Below the pieces are notes generated by a model that had not been told where the DNA came from, did no database searches, and was given only the letters and a program-made list of their open reading frames with translations. From contig OX597832.1 of the NCBI GenBank assembly GCA_951406725.2, positions 61,628,001 through 61,692,000 of the forward strand: a DNA stretch of 64,000 nucleotides, in the 5' to 3' direction. The position numbers were made by a program, and so were the translations under genes. Shown piece by piece: positions 42,588 through 55,806 of this stretch (positions within the stretch are counted from its first letter, which is position 1; each line of letters opens with the position of its first letter). Source of the DNA: Octopus vulgaris. Taxonomy: Eukaryota.

Positions 42588-43254
42588 CGTGTGCGTGTGT
42601 GTGTGTGTGTGTGTATTATATTATATTACATATATATACATACATATATAATTAACAAATATATAAAATTACCTAAAAACGAAAGATTAAACCTTATATT
42701 TGTGAGACTGGCAATTCTGTTGAGGGCTTACCTACAAGCCCTACAACTTAAATATAACTGCTGTATTGGCACAGCAAAAGTACTATTATTATACAAATTA
42801 TCAATTTTTAATAAAATACAGATTAACAAGAATTTCTCTTTCACGAAGGTCGTAACAGAGGTCTACAGAATGTTGTTTACCAATTTTCGTTAAATCCATG
42901 CTATCTTTCATCCGATCTCAAATTTGAATAGTACGCCAAAAATAAATTATAAAAATACAATGGTATAACGAATAATATTAATGAAATGAGAAATGAAAAT
43001 TTAGGAAAAAATAGAATTAAAAGATAGCAGAAAAATTTCGAATTAGAAACCACTTTTTTTTGCTTTTAGTATTTAATATCATATTGGCATTTTAGACATT
43101 TTAAAACCAGGAATTACTTTGCCTTCAATATTTTGTGAAATTTGGTATTGCAAGAAAAGAATGAAAAATACACCAAACTTATGACAAAACGCCAAGGCAG
43201 AAAAACACGCTGTTATAGCGGAAATGTATATACACTAATATATATATCTATGAA

Positions 43255-43294
<40 letters not shown>

Positions 43295-43305
43295 GTATGT
43301 ATATA

Positions 43306-43477
<172 letters not shown>

Positions 43478-43479
43478 CA

Positions 43480-43510
<31 letters not shown>

Positions 43511-43659
43511 GTATATCTATATATATATATCCCTTTCAAATTTCCGGATATTAATCCCTCACCTCATTTTTCAGACATTTCGAAATCATATTTTTGTCTA
43601 CATGGGCATTTGTTTTAACTATTCTAGCCAACTATTTATTTACTTATTTATCAGTTGTA

Positions 43660-43990
43660 AATGCACATGGCTCAGTGGTTAGAGCGTCGGGCTAACAATC
43701 ATGAGAATCTATGTTCGATTCCTTGACCGCGATGTGCGTTGTTTTCTTGAGCAAGACACTTTATTTCACGTTGCTCCAGTTCACTCAGCTGTAGAAATGA
43801 GTTGCGACGTCACTAGTGCCAAGCTGTATCGGCCTCTTTGCCTTTTCCTTGGATAACATCAGTGGCATGGAGAGGGGAGGATGATATGCATGTGCAACTA
43901 TGGTCATCCATAAACCTGGTCTCCTTCCTCAGAAGTTAACTTACTATCTATAATCGTATGGATATTCAAGACTGAAGTGGGGGTCTTTAT
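43660..43990 (+). mobile_element. tRNA-derived SINE, family E
   Basis: CACATGGCTCAGTGGTTAGAGCG...GTTCGATTCC head; body homologous to 15210-15553. Confidence 0.8.
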
Positions 43991-44594
43991 TAGTTTTCCA
44001 GAATAATATTCAGGAAATACGAACATTATTAGAGTGTTGCAACCATGACCGCGCGATTGTGGTTTAAAATCCTAGACTGGTTTGTGCGTTGTGATCTTGA
44101 GCAAAAAATTTTCATTTCACCTTGGTTTCCGGTACAACGTCGATTTCATGCAGAGGGGGAGCTAATGTACGGCACATACATTTGATCACTATAAGCAAAT
44201 CATTTCTGTAGATCGTTCGACAAAAGTGCATACACTCTTACGATGTCTTCACTGGGAGAGTATATGATGCGTATATATACATGATATACTCACTTAGTAT
44301 GCACCATATTGTGTTCATTTAACCTGTAAGAACCGCCTTTAGTCGGATCAATATACTGCGTACTGAAGTAATCCAGTGAGATATTTAGGCAGTGCACACA
44401 GAAAATCCACGGTTAAACGTATTTAAAGCCTAGAGGCTGGTCTAGATCGCGCGTTGTGTAGTTCAAAGGGAGTTTGGTATACTCTAGGAAGGCCGACGAG
44501 TCGTGAATCCCTTTGGTGTATTATTAGTAAAGAAACAATAATTCATTTATATTTGGAAGTGAAATTTATCATAACATAAATGTGGATGTTGTGT

Positions 44595-44643
<49 letters not shown>

Positions 44644-44664
44644 TGTGTGTGTGTGTGTGTGTGT

Positions 44665-44805
44665 GTATAAGAAACTTGATTCCCAGCCATATGGTTCTGG
44701 GTTCAGTCTCACAGCGTTTCACCTTGGGCAAGTGTCTTCTATCATAGCTCGGGTCGACCAAAACCTTGTGAGTGGATTTGGTAAATGGAAACTGAAAAAG
44801 TCCGT

Positions 44806-44838
<33 letters not shown>

Positions 44839-44920
44839 TATGTATGTATTTATATGTCTGTGTTTGTCCCCCGTCCCACTATCGGTTGACAACCGATGTT
44901 GGTGTGTTTACGTCTCCGTA
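44665..44920 (+). mobile_element. SINE family A, partial
   Basis: GGTTCTGGGTTCAGTCTCAC...CCTTGGGCAAGTGTCTTCTA...GTTGACAACCGATGTTGGTGTGTTTACGTC. Confidence 0.8.
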
Positions 44921-45814
44921 ACACATACACATATAAGTATATATATGTACATGCGTATATGTGTGTGGTTTTGTATGTAAGGATTGATTCATATGTGTGA
45001 ATGTGTGATTTTTGTATATGTACAAGAGTATACGTATACGGCTACATGTGTGAATATACGCACATACATACATACATATACACCTTTCTCTCTCTATCTC
45101 TCTCTGTACACACTCACACACACACTCACGCACACACACACACACACACATACACACACCCACACACACACATATATGAATATGGTTGCGTAGTATCTCC
45201 CTGGTTGTGTCGCAAAGGACGAAAAGGTTTATGAACGATCATAACAGGTGATGAGACTTCACAATGACCCGAAACAAAGGCACAAATCAAATCTCACCTA
45301 AAAGCGACAAGAGAATGTGACGAGGCAGCTGCTCGCTATAGTAAAGAATGACCTCCAGAAATGCTTCTACCCACGGAAACGTCCCCCGATAGAGTGTGTA
45401 GCTTCAATCGGGGACTACTTCAAAGGAGATAAAATGCCGAATTCATATGTGTTGTAGTTTTCTTTTCATAGTACCTGTCCGGATCTGTGTTTGATCAGAC
45501 CTCGTAGTGATTATCTGGAAGACGCTGCTACTTAACTGTCGAAACAATTATGGGACTTAATCAAATCTTCAAATGCCAGTGAGATCTTTACTTATATGCA
45601 TCTATAAATTTGCTCTTAACCTTTATATTAGCGAATATTTCTCTATGCAAATTCTCTCCTAATATGAATATTGCCTTCTAGTTTAAGGCAATATTAAACG
45701 ATCGAGCACCTGAATTGAGTTATTTATTTTTATACGTGTGAAATTCTATATACATATATACATATATACATATATGCCTATATATTCGTATACATGATTA
45801 CACACAGACACACG

Positions 45815-45869
<55 letters not shown>

Positions 45870-46449
45870 ATGTATGTATGTATGTATGTATGTATGTATG
45901 TATGTATGTATGTATGTATGTATGTATATATGTATGTATGTATATATTTATGTATGTATGTATGTATGTATGTATGTATGTATGTATGTATGTATGTATT
46001 GAATATATGAACGGAAAATATACAAATACACGTTTAGACTTTCAGGGATACCTCACATGACTGTACATAACCACTTCGGCAGATTTTCTCTTATAGATTG
46101 TAATTGTCTCAATAATCCGACTGCGGTCATACTGTAGCATTGCGTAGATGCATTTAGTCTACAAACTGACACCTGTATATACGTCTTTGAATTTTTTTAC
46201 TCAATCTACCGGTCTCTTTTGCATAACTGTTTGCTAAGCATTCTACTTACCCGTGTATGTGTACATGCATGTATGTATGAATACACACACGCACATATAT
46301 ATATAATTCTCTATACGTATATATAAGGTTAGTAGAGTTAGAGGTTGAAATAACCGTCTAAGGGATAAAAATATCCATTATACTACCGGTAATTTTACCT
46401 TTGTTGACCCTGGACATACATATGCAAGCATATATACATACATCTATGT

Positions 46450-46566
<117 letters not shown>

Positions 46567-46958
46567 TGTAGTTACTTGGAAATTGGATGCGTGTTTTCAA
46601 TCATATAATAATATAAATTATATATATATATATATGCATATATACAAACATACATGTACATACTTATATATATATATATATGCATATATGGGTATAGGAC
46701 GTCAAAAAACGTAAACAACATAAAAAACGAGAACATGGGAAAACGAACATTTTTTTGTGAACAACGAAAGAAACAAATGGAAAAACAAGACAGACAACAA
46801 AAGAACAATCCCTTTATTTTTTGTCCCTTGTTTTATCTACTCCGCATTATATACCCGCATATATACATACATACAGACAGACAGAAAGATTGATAGATAA
46901 ATAAATAGATAGATAGATAGATAGATATATATATATAGATAGATAGATATATATATAT

Positions 46959-47027
<69 letters not shown>

Positions 47028-47961
47028 CAGACAGATAAATAGATACGATGGGATGGACTGCTCTATAGATTCTGCCTATATATTCACAAGTAAGGTATTG
47101 ATTGGCCTGGGGGTTATATATAATAGGAGATAAATTCCCATGACTCTGTGCAGTCGAACTGAACCTGAAACCAAGTATGTTCGAAGCAAATTTCCTAACC
47201 ACACAACCACATCTACACGTGGCTTAAACTTCGTCCTTATTTATTTATCTATTTGTATTATCAGTTTCATCGTTTTTCAAATCAGTAACAAAACTTGATC
47301 ATTCTCTATTCTATTTATTGACCAAACTTAACGCCCAAACCAACATAGGAGATTCGCTTATCGTCAGCAACAAAGCCTACACAGTGTTGTATCATATTTT
47401 CTCCATATTACGATCAGTTTTCTATGACTCATTCTCATCATTCTCAACATTAGAACATAAAAACAGTCCAAATTCACACACAACTAACTTACAAATCCTA
47501 TCCTAACTTTAACATATTTTACCAACCAATTATCAACCCATTCCTTGTATAAGTTAGTTCGTAAAATATAAGTTAAAAAAAAGAAAATGTCATCAAAAAT
47601 TAATTCTCAGCTTGTATGGAATTATGGAACTTGGTTTATCCTGCTTGGTTGAAAATCCGTGTTGAATTTGAGATAAACGTTCCAATTAATCCGGCGAAGC
47701 ATATAAATATTTGGTATATTTGTATAAAAGCTGATAGAACTATTTTTGACTTCAAAGAAGAATGACTTTAAATAAGTCCTTATTTATTTAAATAAGGAAA
47801 GAAGTGGTGTATTCTCATGCAGGAAAAGATATAGGAGAATTTGTTTAAGGGTTTGAAATAGCATCTGAATTTGAAAGTCGTGTAGTTGTTTTTTAAATGA
47901 TTTATTCTCCCCTTCTCTTCTTTCTCTCCCTTTCTCTCTCTCTCTCACCCACCCACCCAAG

Positions 47962-48000
<39 letters not shown>

Positions 48001-48202
48001 CAAAAAGAGGGATACTGAATTTCTGTATGTAAAATGCCAAAGCTAGTTCCTTCAGACGATACGTTTTATGGTAAAAGTTACAATTTATTTCTTGGCTACT
48101 TGGAACTTAAAGTACAGCATTGATAATAAGGAACATGAAAAATCTTGAACATTAAAACTTTATTCTTATTTCCAATTGGTTTATTCATAATAATTGTCCA
48201 CG

Positions 48203-48258
<56 letters not shown>

Positions 48259-48744
48259 TTCCAACCACATGGTTCCGGGTTCAGTCCTATTATATAGTAC
48301 AGTAGGCAAGTGCCTTCTGCTATAGCCTCGAGTTGATCAAAATCTTGTCAGTAGAATTGGGAGACAGAATCTGAAGGAAGTCTGTCAAATGTGTATATAC
48401 ACATAGGTGTGCGTGCGTGTGTCTGTCTGTGTGGACGTGTATATATATATACAAAGTAAGCGAAACAAGAATCCTTGTTATAAGATATTTATAGTATCTT
48501 AAGTGAGTTTCATTAACGTAAGGTGATTAATAGGTGCAGAATGTAAATTACATAACCAAGTTATATTGTCAAATCGCCAGAGACGTGTAAATTATTTACG
48601 TTACTTTATTAGATTGGTGAAATAGAAATGGGTGTTTATGACTGTGTGTATATATATTTACATACATAGATAGGTTATGTGGATGCATTACGTGTGGGTT
48701 TGCATATAAATGCGCATGCGTTGGTCATTATGATCATTTCTGCA

Positions 48745-48827
<83 letters not shown>

Positions 48828-48911
48828 ATCTATTTATAAGTGTGTATATAGATATATATTACTGATATATATATAGATACACAGGCACACACACATACAC
48901 ACACACACACA

Positions 48912-49131
48912 TTGTTGTGTCTGGAGAGAGTCATTGTGCTGTAATGCTTTATTAATTAACACATACACCGGTTCACTTTCCACTCATTCAATTATTATTA
49001 TTCTTTTTTGCTAAAACTTTTGTTACTTCTTGCAACCCCAAGATAAATAAATAAGTACATGATTGGAAATTGAAGCAGTGTGTGTTTTAATTAATGAGGC
49101 ATTAAAACAGAAAGACTCACTCCAGACACAA
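48912..49131. repeat. Diverged foldback element (imperfect inverted arms of ~60-80 bp)
   Basis: TTGTGTCTGGAGAGAGTC...TAATGCTTTATTAATTAACACATACAC versus GTGTGTGTTTTAATTAATGAGGCATTA...GACTCACTCCAGACACAA. Confidence 0.65.
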
Positions 49132-49205
49132 CTATACATGCTCCAATATATGCTTCAATACACGAATTCGTATAAAGAATCTTGCAAATCAAATACAAAA
49201 ACGAA

Positions 49206-49236
<31 letters not shown>

Positions 49237-49334
49237 TATATGTATGTATATATGTGTGTATGTATGTATATATATTAATCACTTTCAGCTGAAAGTTGTA
49301 GCCGTGCTGGAGCACCGCCGTTTTGCTACACTGT

Positions 49335-50727
49335 TATTATTGAGAGCCTCCTCTTATATGTGGCATTTGCGAAGCAAAGGATTTTTGTGTCTCTACCCTC
49401 ATTTGCCTCTCCTGCCGCGAGGTAGATTCATCTGGGACTCTCGGCAGGAAGAGATCCAGTTTTGATTTGAAAACACCTACATCCACTTTGAGTAGATCCC
49501 TCAGGCTCTTTGGGAGAATATTAAAAGCCGTGCGCAATAACTTGTCCTGAAACGCGATGGCGTTGCTAGGATCTTTGGCGCTGTATAGTAGCGACCCGTT
49601 CTGGCATTTGCGTAGCTTTCAATGCCAAAATTTGGCATTCCAGGATCTTCCAGATGTATATTACTGCATATCTCTACCGCTTTTGTTCCGGGGAGAAGAG
49701 TCTTAGCTGTTTCAGCTGATCCCCGTAGCTGAACTGTTGCAATGAGACGATCTTCTTTATGAAGCTTCGCTGCATTGCTTCAAGATCTGCTGTTAATTTT
49801 ACACTGTGGGGTGACCATAGCTGGGAGCAGTTGTCCAGGCGGCTGAGTACGAATGTACTCCAGAGGACCAACATGGTTTCCTTCTCTCTGGTTCTGAAGG
49901 TTCTCAAGATCCAGCCAGCCGGCTGTCTGTACTTTGTCGCCATCCTGGTAATGTGCACTTGGAAGGCGGTATCATCACTCATGTTGATACCCAGATCCAG
50001 CACTGTTTTAGGCCCTGGGATTGTAATCCCCTGTGGGCCAGTGTACCCTGTAAGTTTTTTATTCCGTTTTGAACGATGATGGTGCAGGGCTTGGAATTTT
50101 CCCGTATTAAACTACATATCATTGTCTTCAACCCATTTGCAAACTGAGTCCAACTCTTGCTGCAGGTGTGCAACATTGCTGAGATTCTGTATTTTCAGCG
50201 AGATTTTCGCATCGTCTGCGTAGCTAACAAGGGTGACTATCCGGGCAGCTGAGAGCATATCTCAGAGGGCCACTATTTGTGTTTTCTTTGACGTGGCTCC
50301 ATCGGCCACCACTGCCTGACTTCTATATTTTAGAAAGTCCTGTAACCACTCTCCAAGTTTTTCAGCTATGCTGAGATCACGCAGTTTATGGCATATCATA
50401 CAATGATCGACTTTATCAAAAGCTTTTGAAAAGTCAATGTTAATACGTCCACATTTGAGTTGTTGAGCAACTGCCTCAACACCCAATCATAGTGCTGTAA
50501 GAGCTGGATCAGGCAGCTCCTACCCGGTCGAAAGCCATGTTGGGAATCACTCAGCAAGTCATTTTCTTCCAGGATTGCGATTAATTTCCCTCTGACTATT
50601 CGTCCCATGACTTTGCTGATATGTCATGTCAGAGAGACAGGTCTATAATTTTTGGCACCTGCTCTGCTTCCTACTTTGAAAGAAAGGTCTGGAAGAGAAT
50701 CTGTAGTGATTTCCCCAGGGCAGGCAG
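49335..50727 (-). mobile_element. 5'-truncated, frameshifted non-LTR retrotransposon (CR1/L2-group LINE): RT and C-terminal region
   Basis: Consecutive minus-strand ORF pieces give SDSQHGFRPGRSCLIQLL, IDFSKAFDKVDH, a YADD motif (TACGCAGACGAT, ~50222-50211), DLGINMS, SRLDNCSQLWSP...LEAMQRSF and FNILPKSLR...FKSKLDLFL. Confidence 0.92.
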
Positions 50728-50986
50728 TATATATATACATATATATAAATATATAAATGTATAAATATATAAATATACAAATATATATATATATATACTA
50801 AGCAATAAAGGGTTTAGCAACGAATTGCCTTACCACAGACCGAATTTAGAAATAGCAGTCAAGGAGTTATAGCTATTTCTTCTACTAAAAAGGGAGATCT
50901 CAGTAAAAAACACAGCAATTGGAAGGCAGACACAAACAGGTAAGAGAGAATGAATTGACGGCAATCTATCATACAATTTCAAGTTA

Positions 50987-51086
50987 TCTACGGACGCACG
51001 TTTCGAAATCAAGTTTTTAGGAAAGCATAAGAATTAAATATTAAATAATTCTACGTTACCCAAACTTCTTTTCTCTTCAGCGTAGA
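50987..51086 (-). ncRNA. Type I hammerhead ribozyme with long stem II (predicted)
   Basis: Minus strand: TCTACG-CTGAAGA-GAAA...(long insert)...TTTC-GAAA-CGTGCG-TC-CGTAGA. Stem I TCTACG/CGTAGA, core CUGAnGA and GAAA, GUC cleavage triplet. Confidence 0.8.
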
Positions 51087-51753
51087 ATACTATAATCATA
51101 AATGATTATATATTGAATTTAGAGATACTAGAAGGCACCAACTCAACTCAGTATCAGAGCGAGCTAGAATCCGCAACTAGTATCACCAAACTCAAAGTGT
51201 GAATGAAAGGATTGTGTCACCAGCCCCTTCCCACCCGCGTGTAGCCAAAACAAGATGCTATGGTCATCTACTGAGATAAAATATGGTTATCCGTAATAAT
51301 GAAGGGTGAAATTAATTAATTTGGAATAATTATCAATTACACCAAGTAGTCTTCGGCATTAGAAGAAATAGCTATAACTCCTTGACTGCTATTTCTAAAT
51401 TCGGTCTGTGGTAAGGCAATTCGTTGCTAAACCCTTTATTGCTTAGTATTACTTAAATCTTCCTCGAATGAGGCTTTTACATGCCGAAGACTACTTGGTG
51501 TAATTGATAATTATTCCAAATTAATTAATTTCACCCTTCATTATTACGGATAACCATATTTTATCTCAGTAGATGACCATAGCATCTTGTTTTGGCTACA
51601 CGCGGGTGGGAAGGGGCTGGTGACACAATCCTTTCATTCACACTTTGAGTTTGGTGATACTAGTTGCGGATTCTAGCTCGCTCTGATACTGAGTTGAGTT
51701 GGTGCCTTCTAATATCTCTAAATTCAATATATAATCATTTATGATTATAGTAT

Positions 51754-51851
51754 TCTACGCTGAAAGAAAAGAAGTTTGGGTAACGTAGAATTATTTAATA
51801 TTTAATTCTTATGCTTTCTAAAAACTTGATTTCGAAACGTGCGTCCGTAGA
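51754..51851 (+). ncRNA. Second copy of the hammerhead, core damaged by a 1-nt deletion
   Basis: TCTACG-CTGAAAGAAAA...TTTC-GAAA-CGTGCG-TC-CGTAGA; CTGAAGAG is reduced to CTGAAAG relative to the minus-strand copy. Confidence 0.6.
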
Positions 51852-52173
51852 TAACTTGAAATTGTATGATAGATTGCCGTCAATTCATTCTCTCTTACCT
51901 GTTTGTGTCTGCCTTCCAATTGCTGTGTTTTTTACTGAGATCTGCCTTTTTAGTAGAAGAAATAGCTATAACTCCTTGACTGCTATTTCTAAATTCGGTC
52001 TGTGGTAAGGCAATTCGTTGCTAAACCCTTTATTGCTTAGTATTACTTAAATCTTCCTCGAATGAGGCTTTTACATGCCGAAGACTACTTGGTGTAATTG
52101 ATAATTATACCAAATTAATTAATTTCACCCTTCATTATTACGGATAACTATATATATATATATATGTACTTTA

Positions 52174-52302
52174 TAATCTCTGACGAGGCCTTGGGACATA
52201 TATACGTACCTCATTTTCAGCTGCCTACCACCTCGATACACTTGACTTATATAGGCACAATGAATTACTATTATCCATAGGCTGAAACAGCAGTAAGTGA
52301 TT
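52174..52302 (+). ncRNA. Predicted type I hammerhead ribozyme with long stem II loop, in a separate short element
   Basis: AATCT-CTGACGA-GGCCT...(~87 nt)...AGGCT-GAAA-CAGCAG-TA-AGTGATT; stem I is imperfect. Confidence 0.6.
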
Positions 52303-52506
52303 TTAATAATTTATATTCATGTTTTTTTTCATAACTATTTGCATTCTTATCTTATATGCATTGAATAATATACTATATGTATGTATGTTATTTATAGTTG
52401 TAGTTTTGATAGATAAGTCAACATTTTAATATCCTAAAAGTTGATGAACCAACTAGTGTGCTTCTCCATTTTCTTATTTGTATATATATATATATATATA
52501 TATTTG

Positions 52507-52776
52507 CGACGCTGGGCTGAAAAGTTCATAGGATGACGAACTGGTTGTTCACGCAGTCTGTTCGGCTCACCTGGCTCCATTTTCTTGTGATGTAGCATCG
52601 CAGTGAAGATGATACTATATTTGCTGTTGATGACTTTTTTGACCAACAAGATTACAGCTTCTTCAACAAAGGGATCCAAGCACTGCAACACGAATGGAAG
52701 AAGGGTGTGGACCTATTTGGTCACATTCCATAAGAGCATCTTTGTCAGCTGATGAAGAATTTAGCCGACACTCGTA
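52507..52776 (+). mobile_element. Internally deleted mariner remnant with both degenerate TIRs
   Basis: Left CGACGCTGGGCTGAAAAGTTCATAGGATGAC and right GTCAGCTGATGAAGAATTTAGCCGACACTCGTA are imperfect reverse complements. Internal FFNKGIQALQHEWKKGV resembles the mariner C-terminus. Confidence 0.7.
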
Positions 52777-52794
52777 CTCATAAAGATAGAGTGT

Positions 52795-52873
<79 letters not shown>

Positions 52874-52958
52874 TGATAGATAGATGGATGGATGGATGGT
52901 TGGATGGATGGATGGATGGATGGATGGGTAGATGGATATAGAGATAGATAGATAGATC

Positions 52959-52992
<34 letters not shown>

Positions 52993-53032
52993 CAGTTAGA
53001 TAAATAGATAGATAGATAGATGGATAGATACA
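52795..53032. repeat. (GATA)n/(GATG)n microsatellite flanking the LINE
   Basis: Directly visible. Confidence 0.95.
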
Positions 53033-54898
53033 TAGATAGAACAAATTACAAGGTAGAGCTTTTCTTTTGAAGGTTTAGATGGATAGATAAAAAAAAAAAA
53101 AAAAAAAGGAAGGGGAGTTTCGATCAAAAGGGATCGTAAAAGGAGGAGAAAGAGGACAAAAAAAGGGGGTTTAAAAAAAGGGGGGAGGAAAAAAAATTGA
53201 TCAATAGGGATCGTTATCACAGAAATGTCAATATGAAGTGTAAAGGGGAGGACAGGTGAGGTTTACCCGTGCAAAGAAAAGCCTACGGAAAAGACCACGG
53301 TAACCTCGGTCAATGATGTCACATTTTATATTTCTTTTTTTTTTTTTTTGCAAATAAGCAACTCTCTGTTTTCGATTTCTGGGTTCATAGGACTATGCTC
53401 AAGGTGGCTTCGTCATTCATACGTGCCATTCTTGCTACATTCACCCATCTTTTTTTAAAACATTCGCTAGACAAAACTTGCCTCTCTACTCTCACTTTCC
53501 TTTTCAAGTGGTACTTGAAGAAGTTGATGAGAGATTGACCAGAGAGGAAAGTGTTTGTCTCCAATCCTTTCAGACGCGTCCACCAGATACATTCTTTCGC
53601 CATAGCCACAAGGATGATGAAAATAGCTCTTCCTTCCCGTTTGAAGGAAGGAGGCGTGACAATATTGACGATAGACTCAGCTGATAAACCGACTCGTCCC
53701 ACACGTGACAGCAGTTGTTCGACATAAGCCCACAGGTCGGAAATTGTTGGACACTGAACGAGTGCGTGCAGAACGGTTTCGTCGCTCTGACCGCATCTCG
53801 GGCAGGTCGGCCCCGTGTTTCTCGAGCCGTGTCTGTAGAGCTTATCCCGAACGGGTAGCGCTTCTCGGTAGCACTGCCAGGCCAGGGATCTCTGGAAGTT
53901 GTCCATGGGCCCTGGCCCGAAAGTCGTCCTGAACAGGCGGGTCAGGTACTCCTCGTCGACGTCCAGGTTCGCCCCGAGCTCGTCGTCGTACCTCCCCTCC
54001 ACTAAACCCCTATAGAATGCTTTGGTTGTGTTGAAGTCACTTAAGGTCGACCCAGGACGGCAGAGTTGCTTGAGAGCAACGCGACACTCGCGGTGCCATT
54101 CGCCCTTCCTCGGCCTCTTTTTGATCCACGACTGCAGTTCGGTCATGGAGACGAGCTGCGGGAAAGCGTGCCTCACAAACGGCGACCACACCTGTTCACC
54201 GTCGTCTACATAGAGCCAGAGATGCCGCAGTCTCAGCGCGTGTCTGCGCATCATCAACCACGGCATGCCCAGCCCTCCTTTTAACGGGTGTTGACAGCAA
54301 ATGGATCGCCTGACCATCGGGACGCATCCTTTCCACAAGAAGCGAAAGAGGATGCGTTGTAGTTTGGTGATGGTAGGGTCGGGACAAGGTACGACGGTCA
54401 GGCGGTAGTAGATGACGGACGCGATGTACGTGTTCGCCACCTCCGCTCGACCTTTTAGGGACAGTTTCCTCTCGGCCCATTGCCGGGCGAGAGTGACCAC
54501 CCTACTCGTTATCTCGTTCCAGTTCTTCTCCACTTGGAGGTCCGGACCAAACCAGACCCCGAGCAACTCAACCGGGCCGTCGGTCCAGCGTCCCACGACG
54601 GAGGCGCTGGTGGACGGCATGGGCTTGCTTCTCCAGGTGCCTAGTCGCAAGCCCACTGACTTTTCCCGGTTGATTTTCGCTCCTGTCACCGCTTCGTAGT
54701 TTTTCAGTGTCTCGCCGACCAGCTCGATGTGCTCGTGGCTAGACACTATGACGGTGACGTCGTCCGCGTATGCAGACACGCTCGTCCCGCATCCCAATTC
54801 TCGCGGGATGCCCCTTAGAGTCGCCAGCTTCCGCAGTAGTGGCTCTCGCGGGATGCCCCTTAGAGTCGCCAGCTTCCGCAGTAGTGGCTCAAGAGTCA
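53033..54898 (-). mobile_element. 5'-truncated L1/Tx1-type non-LTR retrotransposon inserted in (GATA)n
   Basis: GC-rich ORF2 3' half plus a ~350-bp 3' UTR, bounded by GATA repeats on both sides. Confidence 0.92.
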
Positions 54899-54899
54899 A
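53385..54899 (-). CDS. LINE ORF2 C-terminal part (RT motifs from YADD onward plus CCHC zinc finger), 5'-truncated, no true start codon
   Basis: 504-aa open frame with [50 protein letters not shown] and [18 protein letters not shown], all typical of L1/Tx1 ORF2. Confidence 0.93.
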   Translation of the reverse strand: MTLEPLLRKLATLRGIPREPLLRKLATLRGIPRELGCGTSVSAYADDVTVIVSSHEHIELVGETLKNYEAVTGAKINREKSVGLRLGTWRSKPMPSTSASVVGRWTDGPVELLGVWFGPDLQVEKNWNEITSRVVTLARQWAERKLSLKGRAEVANTYIASVIYYRLTVVPCPDPTITKLQRILFRFLWKGCVPMVRRSICCQHPLKGGLGMPWLMMRRHALRLRHLWLYVDDGEQVWSPFVRHAFPQLVSMTELQSWIKKRPRKGEWHRECRVALKQLCRPGSTLSDFNTTKAFYRGLVEGRYDDELGANLDVDEEYLTRLFRTTFGPGPMDNFQRSLAWQCYREALPVRDKLYRHGSRNTGPTCPRCGQSDETVLHALVQCPTISDLWAYVEQLLSRVGRVGLSAESIVNIVTPPSFKREGRAIFIILVAMAKECIWWTRLKGLETNTFLSGQSLINFFKYHLKRKVRVERQVLSSECFKKRWVNVARMARMNDEATLSIVL

Positions 54900-55107
54900 T
54901 AGATAGATAGATAGACAGATAGATAAATAGATAGATAGATGAGTAGATGGATAGATACATAGATAGACAAACAGATAGATAGATACATAGATAGATGGAC
55001 AGACAGACAGACGTGTATATGGACAGAAGGGTTAGACGGGTAGACGGATAGGCAGATAGACGGGTAGGTGGATAGATGGATAGATAGACAGACAGATGGA
55101 TGGATGC

Positions 55108-55154
<47 letters not shown>

Positions 55155-55696
55155 TGTTTCTTTATTAGCCACACAGGGCTGCACACAGATAGAACAAATT
55201 ACAAGGTAGAGCTTTTCTTTTGAAGGTTTAAAAAAAAAAAAAGGAAGGGGGAGTTTCGATCAAAAGGGATCGTAAAAGGAGAGAAAGAGGATAAAAAAGG
55301 GGGGTTAAAAAAAAGGGGGAGAGGGAAAAAAATTGATCAATAGGGATCGTTATCACAGAAATGTCAATATGAGGTGTAAAGGGGAGGACAGGTGAGGTTT
55401 ACCCGTGGAAAGAAAAGCCTACGGAAAAGACCACGGTAACCTCGGTCAATGGTGTCACATGTTATATTTTTTTTTTTTTTTTTGCGAATAAGCAACTCTC
55501 TGTTTTCAATTTCTGGGTTCATAGGATCATGCTCAAGGTGGCTTCGTCATTCATACGTGCCATTCTTGCTACATTCACCCATCTTTTTTTAAAACATTCG
55601 CTAGACAAAACTTGCCTCTCTACTCTCACTTTCCTTTCCAAGTGGTACTTGAAGAAGTTGATGAGAGATTGACCAGAGAGGAAAGTGTTTGTCTCC
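55155..55696 (-). mobile_element. Second, shorter 5'-truncated copy of the same L1/Tx1 element (ORF2 end plus complete 3' UTR)
   Basis: 55186-55696 is nearly identical to 53033-53562. It has ~30 extra 3'-terminal bases containing a minus-strand AATAAA, and is flanked by (GATA)n on both sides. Confidence 0.92.

Positions 55697-55806
<110 letters not shown>

Larger units (their letters stand above)
50796..52148. mobile_element. Non-coding 594-bp-period element: partial tandem (51360-52148) preceded by an inverted copy (50796-51359); PLE pseudo-LTR/retrozyme-like
   Basis: 51360-51554 recurs at 51954-52148 (offset 594). 50796-51359 is the reverse complement of 51481-52042. Flanked by (TA)n on both sides. 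Confidence 0.9.

Noticed and set aside
42710-42750. CTGTTGA-GGGCTT...AAGCCC hairpin resembling half a hammerhead (similar weak cases near 1595 and 22805)
   Set aside because: No complete, correctly spaced set of core boxes, cleavage triplet and stem I.
45225-45285. Possible mariner remnant (ATAACAGGTGATGAGACT = ITGDET, then DPETK-like)
   Set aside because: Suggestive but too short and broken to list as a feature without a search.
50830-52008. 60-65 aa ORFs in the 594-bp unit
   Set aside because: Short, with different starts in the two copies and no recognisable motif; the unit is treated as non-coding.
53478-54699. Plus-strand and alternate-frame ORFs overlapping the LINE ORF2
   Set aside because: Shadow ORFs of a GC-rich coding sequence, with no independent motifs.
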